64,000 nt of DNA from Takakia lepidozioides (Eukaryota; Plantae; Bryophyta), in the NCBI GenBank assembly GCA_030704615.1, contig CM060733.1, forward strand, positions 56,730,001-56,794,000. Direction: 5' to 3'. The notes under the pieces were generated by a model. That model was not told the DNA's origin. It saw nothing but the letters and a program-made list of their open reading frames with translations, and ran no database searches. Every line of letters begins with the position of its first letter. The stretch's first letter is position 1. A program made the translations under genes and the position numbers. Shown piece after piece: positions 61,701-64,000 of the stretch.

Positions 61701-62157
61701 GTACGGGATTCAGGGAATGTCGGAGCCTCCGGACATCTGGCCTGTTGCACCGGGTTGCAGCCTCTCTCAGAATGAGGCGGATGCTCTATCTACAGCAGGA
61801 TTTTGAATGGTGCAACGCACAGACATCCCGGCCCACGCATTTCCGGTTCCTCAGACCCAGCCATTGCAGACTGCTCGGTCCAGTAGAGACGGATTGGACA
61901 ATTCTGCACATCCCACAATGCGATTCGGAAGAGTGAAGAGACGACACCCTCCCAACAAGTTGAATGGGACTCGGATTGCCAATGCTCTTGGGATGGCTTG
62001 CACTATTCAGAGCTCCGTGGACGTACCCCCACCCGGCCTTGGGCGTGTGTATCGGATGGCAACGGCCGGCTCGGCTGTACGCGACGATGTATACACAATT
62101 ATGATTGGAGTGGAGCCGACTTGCAATTGTACGGACTTCTCGTTGATGGAAGCAAAG
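58715..62157 (+). pseudogene. MULE transposase with GCM-like, DDE and SWIM domains (element C)
   Basis: Collinear with the B transposase; VMFD, FMADNAQA, SCGFHF, TNMAES; intron 60808-60891 at the same position as in B; frameshifts and stops; cut after CNCTDF. Confidence 0.88.
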
Positions 62158-62507
62158 TCTTGCACCAAATCTGAAACCACCTCTCATTGAGCAACGGCGT
62201 CATAAACTGAAGTCCGAAGCCACTGTTAGAATGAACTTAGAGGTTGCAATTCCATGGGCAAAATTTGTAAATGAACATTCCGGCGGCCCGCTCCTCGTCG
62301 TGGGCGTCTAGTAACCGGCCTTGGATGGTTCCGCCTCATGCAAGCGTCTCCTCCTCTCGTTGCTGAACAAGATTATTGTATCTTGCCTCCCATTCATGTA
62401 TGGATGGGGTGTTCTTCAGTATGAAGTCGTGCGCTTGCTCAATCACCAAGGTCGGCAATGGCTTGATTATGAATCCCCGGGAGGGAGGGTCCTCCCCCCC
62501 TGGGGGT

Positions 62508-64000
62508 CTAGGATGGTGCGGCTGGGTTGGATTCAAGTTTCCGTTTGTTGGTGATAATGGCGGTGAGGGAGCGGAGAGCTGTGAGATGAATTGCTTGGAA
62601 GCATTTGTAGATCAGGGAGATAGGAATATGAAAATTATTGTGCAAGTCGTTAATACTGGCATTGTGGATGCCGCCCCTGGTGCCAGCCGTGATGACGGTT
62701 AGTGGACCAGTGCGCCATCCTTGGCGGTGAACGGCTAGGATGAGTGGGGCATATTTTTGTCTTTTCTCTAGTACGGAGTCTTGTGGATATCGCTCATGAC
62801 ATAATGTGAATTCGATGAAGTGGATGATAATTGACGTAGAGGGTGTGGTAGGGGGTGGGGCCGTTGTGGGTAATCCTTGCACCAGTAGGATATCTGGACA
62901 GAGTCGAGCAGGGCAGGTGCATGGGTGGGAGGTACATGTACATGGGAGTAGCCAGGGTGGGACAATGTGATCTAGTGGTCGGCCTTGGTATGTGCCTGCG
63001 TTGAGGAGTGAGTACCATCTTATTTCGGCGTGGCTGAGGAGTAATTTGTGGATATGCCAAACTGCTTGGTTGTGGCGGGTTATGTAGGCCGTGTGTGACG
63101 GGGTGTGTGCATTGGCTAAGAAGATGTGGCCAGGTGTCTCGTTCATGGTGCGTGTTGGAGCATAATGGGCAGTATGGGGATAGGAAGAGACGTGGCCAGA
63201 AAATGTGCTTACGCTAGTGACCCATGTACTGGGCGTATCTAAATTTGAGAGTTTGACAGATTTGTGCATCTGTGGTGATTTTGGTGTTCCGGAAGTGACT
63301 GGAGAGTTTATGGTGAAGTATAGTGGATTGTGTCCATTTATGTATATGGACTTTAGTGTGGCTGATTGATGCGGTTGCTTGTTTGTTAGCCTCACGCGTG
63401 AGGGTGGCAAGTAGGTTGCGGACAGGCCTGGGTGCAGGGGGTTCAGGGACGTGTGGGCGGTGTGAATAGGGTCGAGGATGGGAGTACAAGGGGCTGGGTA
63501 GCGCCAGCCTGAGCAAATGAGTCGGGAGCATCATTGCCTCGTATTCCAGTATGCGAGCGGACTTTGCGGAAGTGGATGGGTTGGGTTTTAGAGAGGGCTA
63601 GTTGAATAATGGCGGCGATGAGGTTGCAATCTGGGTGGTGATGATGGGACGAGGGACGTGCTAGATGGTTGCGGAGCAGAAAGAGGGAGGTGAGGCTGTC
63701 AGTGAAGATATAATAGGGGAGGGGAGGGGGAAGGCGTCTAGTCCTGATATGGTCTCGTAGATAGCCATAAGTTCTGCTCTGAGTATTGTGGCAGGGCCAG
63801 GTAGGCGCCTTGTTGGGTGGCCGCATGGAATATTCCATAGCCAGCCTTTGAGTTCATGACGGAGCCGTCCGTGTAGTGGGAGTGGATGAGGGGGAATTTG
63901 AGAGCTTTCTTTTGTTGGTAGATTTGCAGAAGGGTGGGTGGGGTTACGATGTGAGCAATGTGTGGTGGGCGCGGAGAGGCCTTTATCCAGGCTTTATTGG
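62508..64000 (-). mobile_element. 3' part of a non-LTR retrotransposon with RNase H, CCHC finger and restriction-like endonuclease (Dualen/RandI-like), frameshifted
   Basis: HYTDGS...YIFTDSL...KVRSHTGIRGND (RNase H); YCPLC...DTWPHLLSQC in a shifted frame; RHNQAV...PDILL...IEFT...KRQKY (REL endonuclease). Confidence 0.8.

Larger units (their letters stand above)
48427..62157 (+). mobile_element. MULE family C element (both ends truncated)
   Basis: Same head-to-head layout as B (ParB-MTase, array, transposase), with its own palindrome variant. Confidence 0.78.

Noticed and set aside
62160-62500. Possible CACTA transposase fragment (EQAHDFILKN..., - strand)
   Set aside because: Too short and degenerate to support a call; left unassigned.

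Overview
This is eukaryotic, intron-containing, transposon-dense DNA. The repeat families suggest a non-seed land plant, but that is inference. I recognise no ordinary host gene. The window is a nest of mobile elements: (i) several pieces of a Tat/Ogre-like Ty3/Gypsy family (1-11032, 16726-20687) with a 500-N gap; (ii) a full-length but decayed chromovirus (34747-41129, 5-bp TSD); (iii) a 2.2-kb solo LTR; (iv) the 3' part of a LINE with RNase H plus a restriction-like endonuclease (Dualen/RandI-like); and (v) four copies from three related families (A1/A2, B, C) of an unusual Mutator-like (MULE) DNA transposon. Families B and C each carry a GCM-like/MULE-DDE/SWIM transposase, head-to-head with a spliced gene that fuses a ParB/Srx-like domain (DGNHR) to a beta-class amino-DNA-methyltransferase-like domain (DIPD ... 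LDLxCGTG). The two genes are separated by a 1.5-2 kb array of family-specific 26-30 bp palindromes centred on GGCGCC. A third conserved gene of unknown function (ORF X) accompanies the elements. Family A is a deletion derivative that keeps ParB, ORF X and the palindromes but has lost the methyltransferase and most of the transposase. Copy A2 (28739-42324) has TIRs and a 9-bp TSD (AAGAACAGA), showing this cargo moved as a MULE. The best candidate for a new system is a transposon-borne ParB-methyltransferase acting on cognate parS-like arrays, possibly for self-marking or anti-silencing. All domain calls are by-eye motif recognition; no database search was run.
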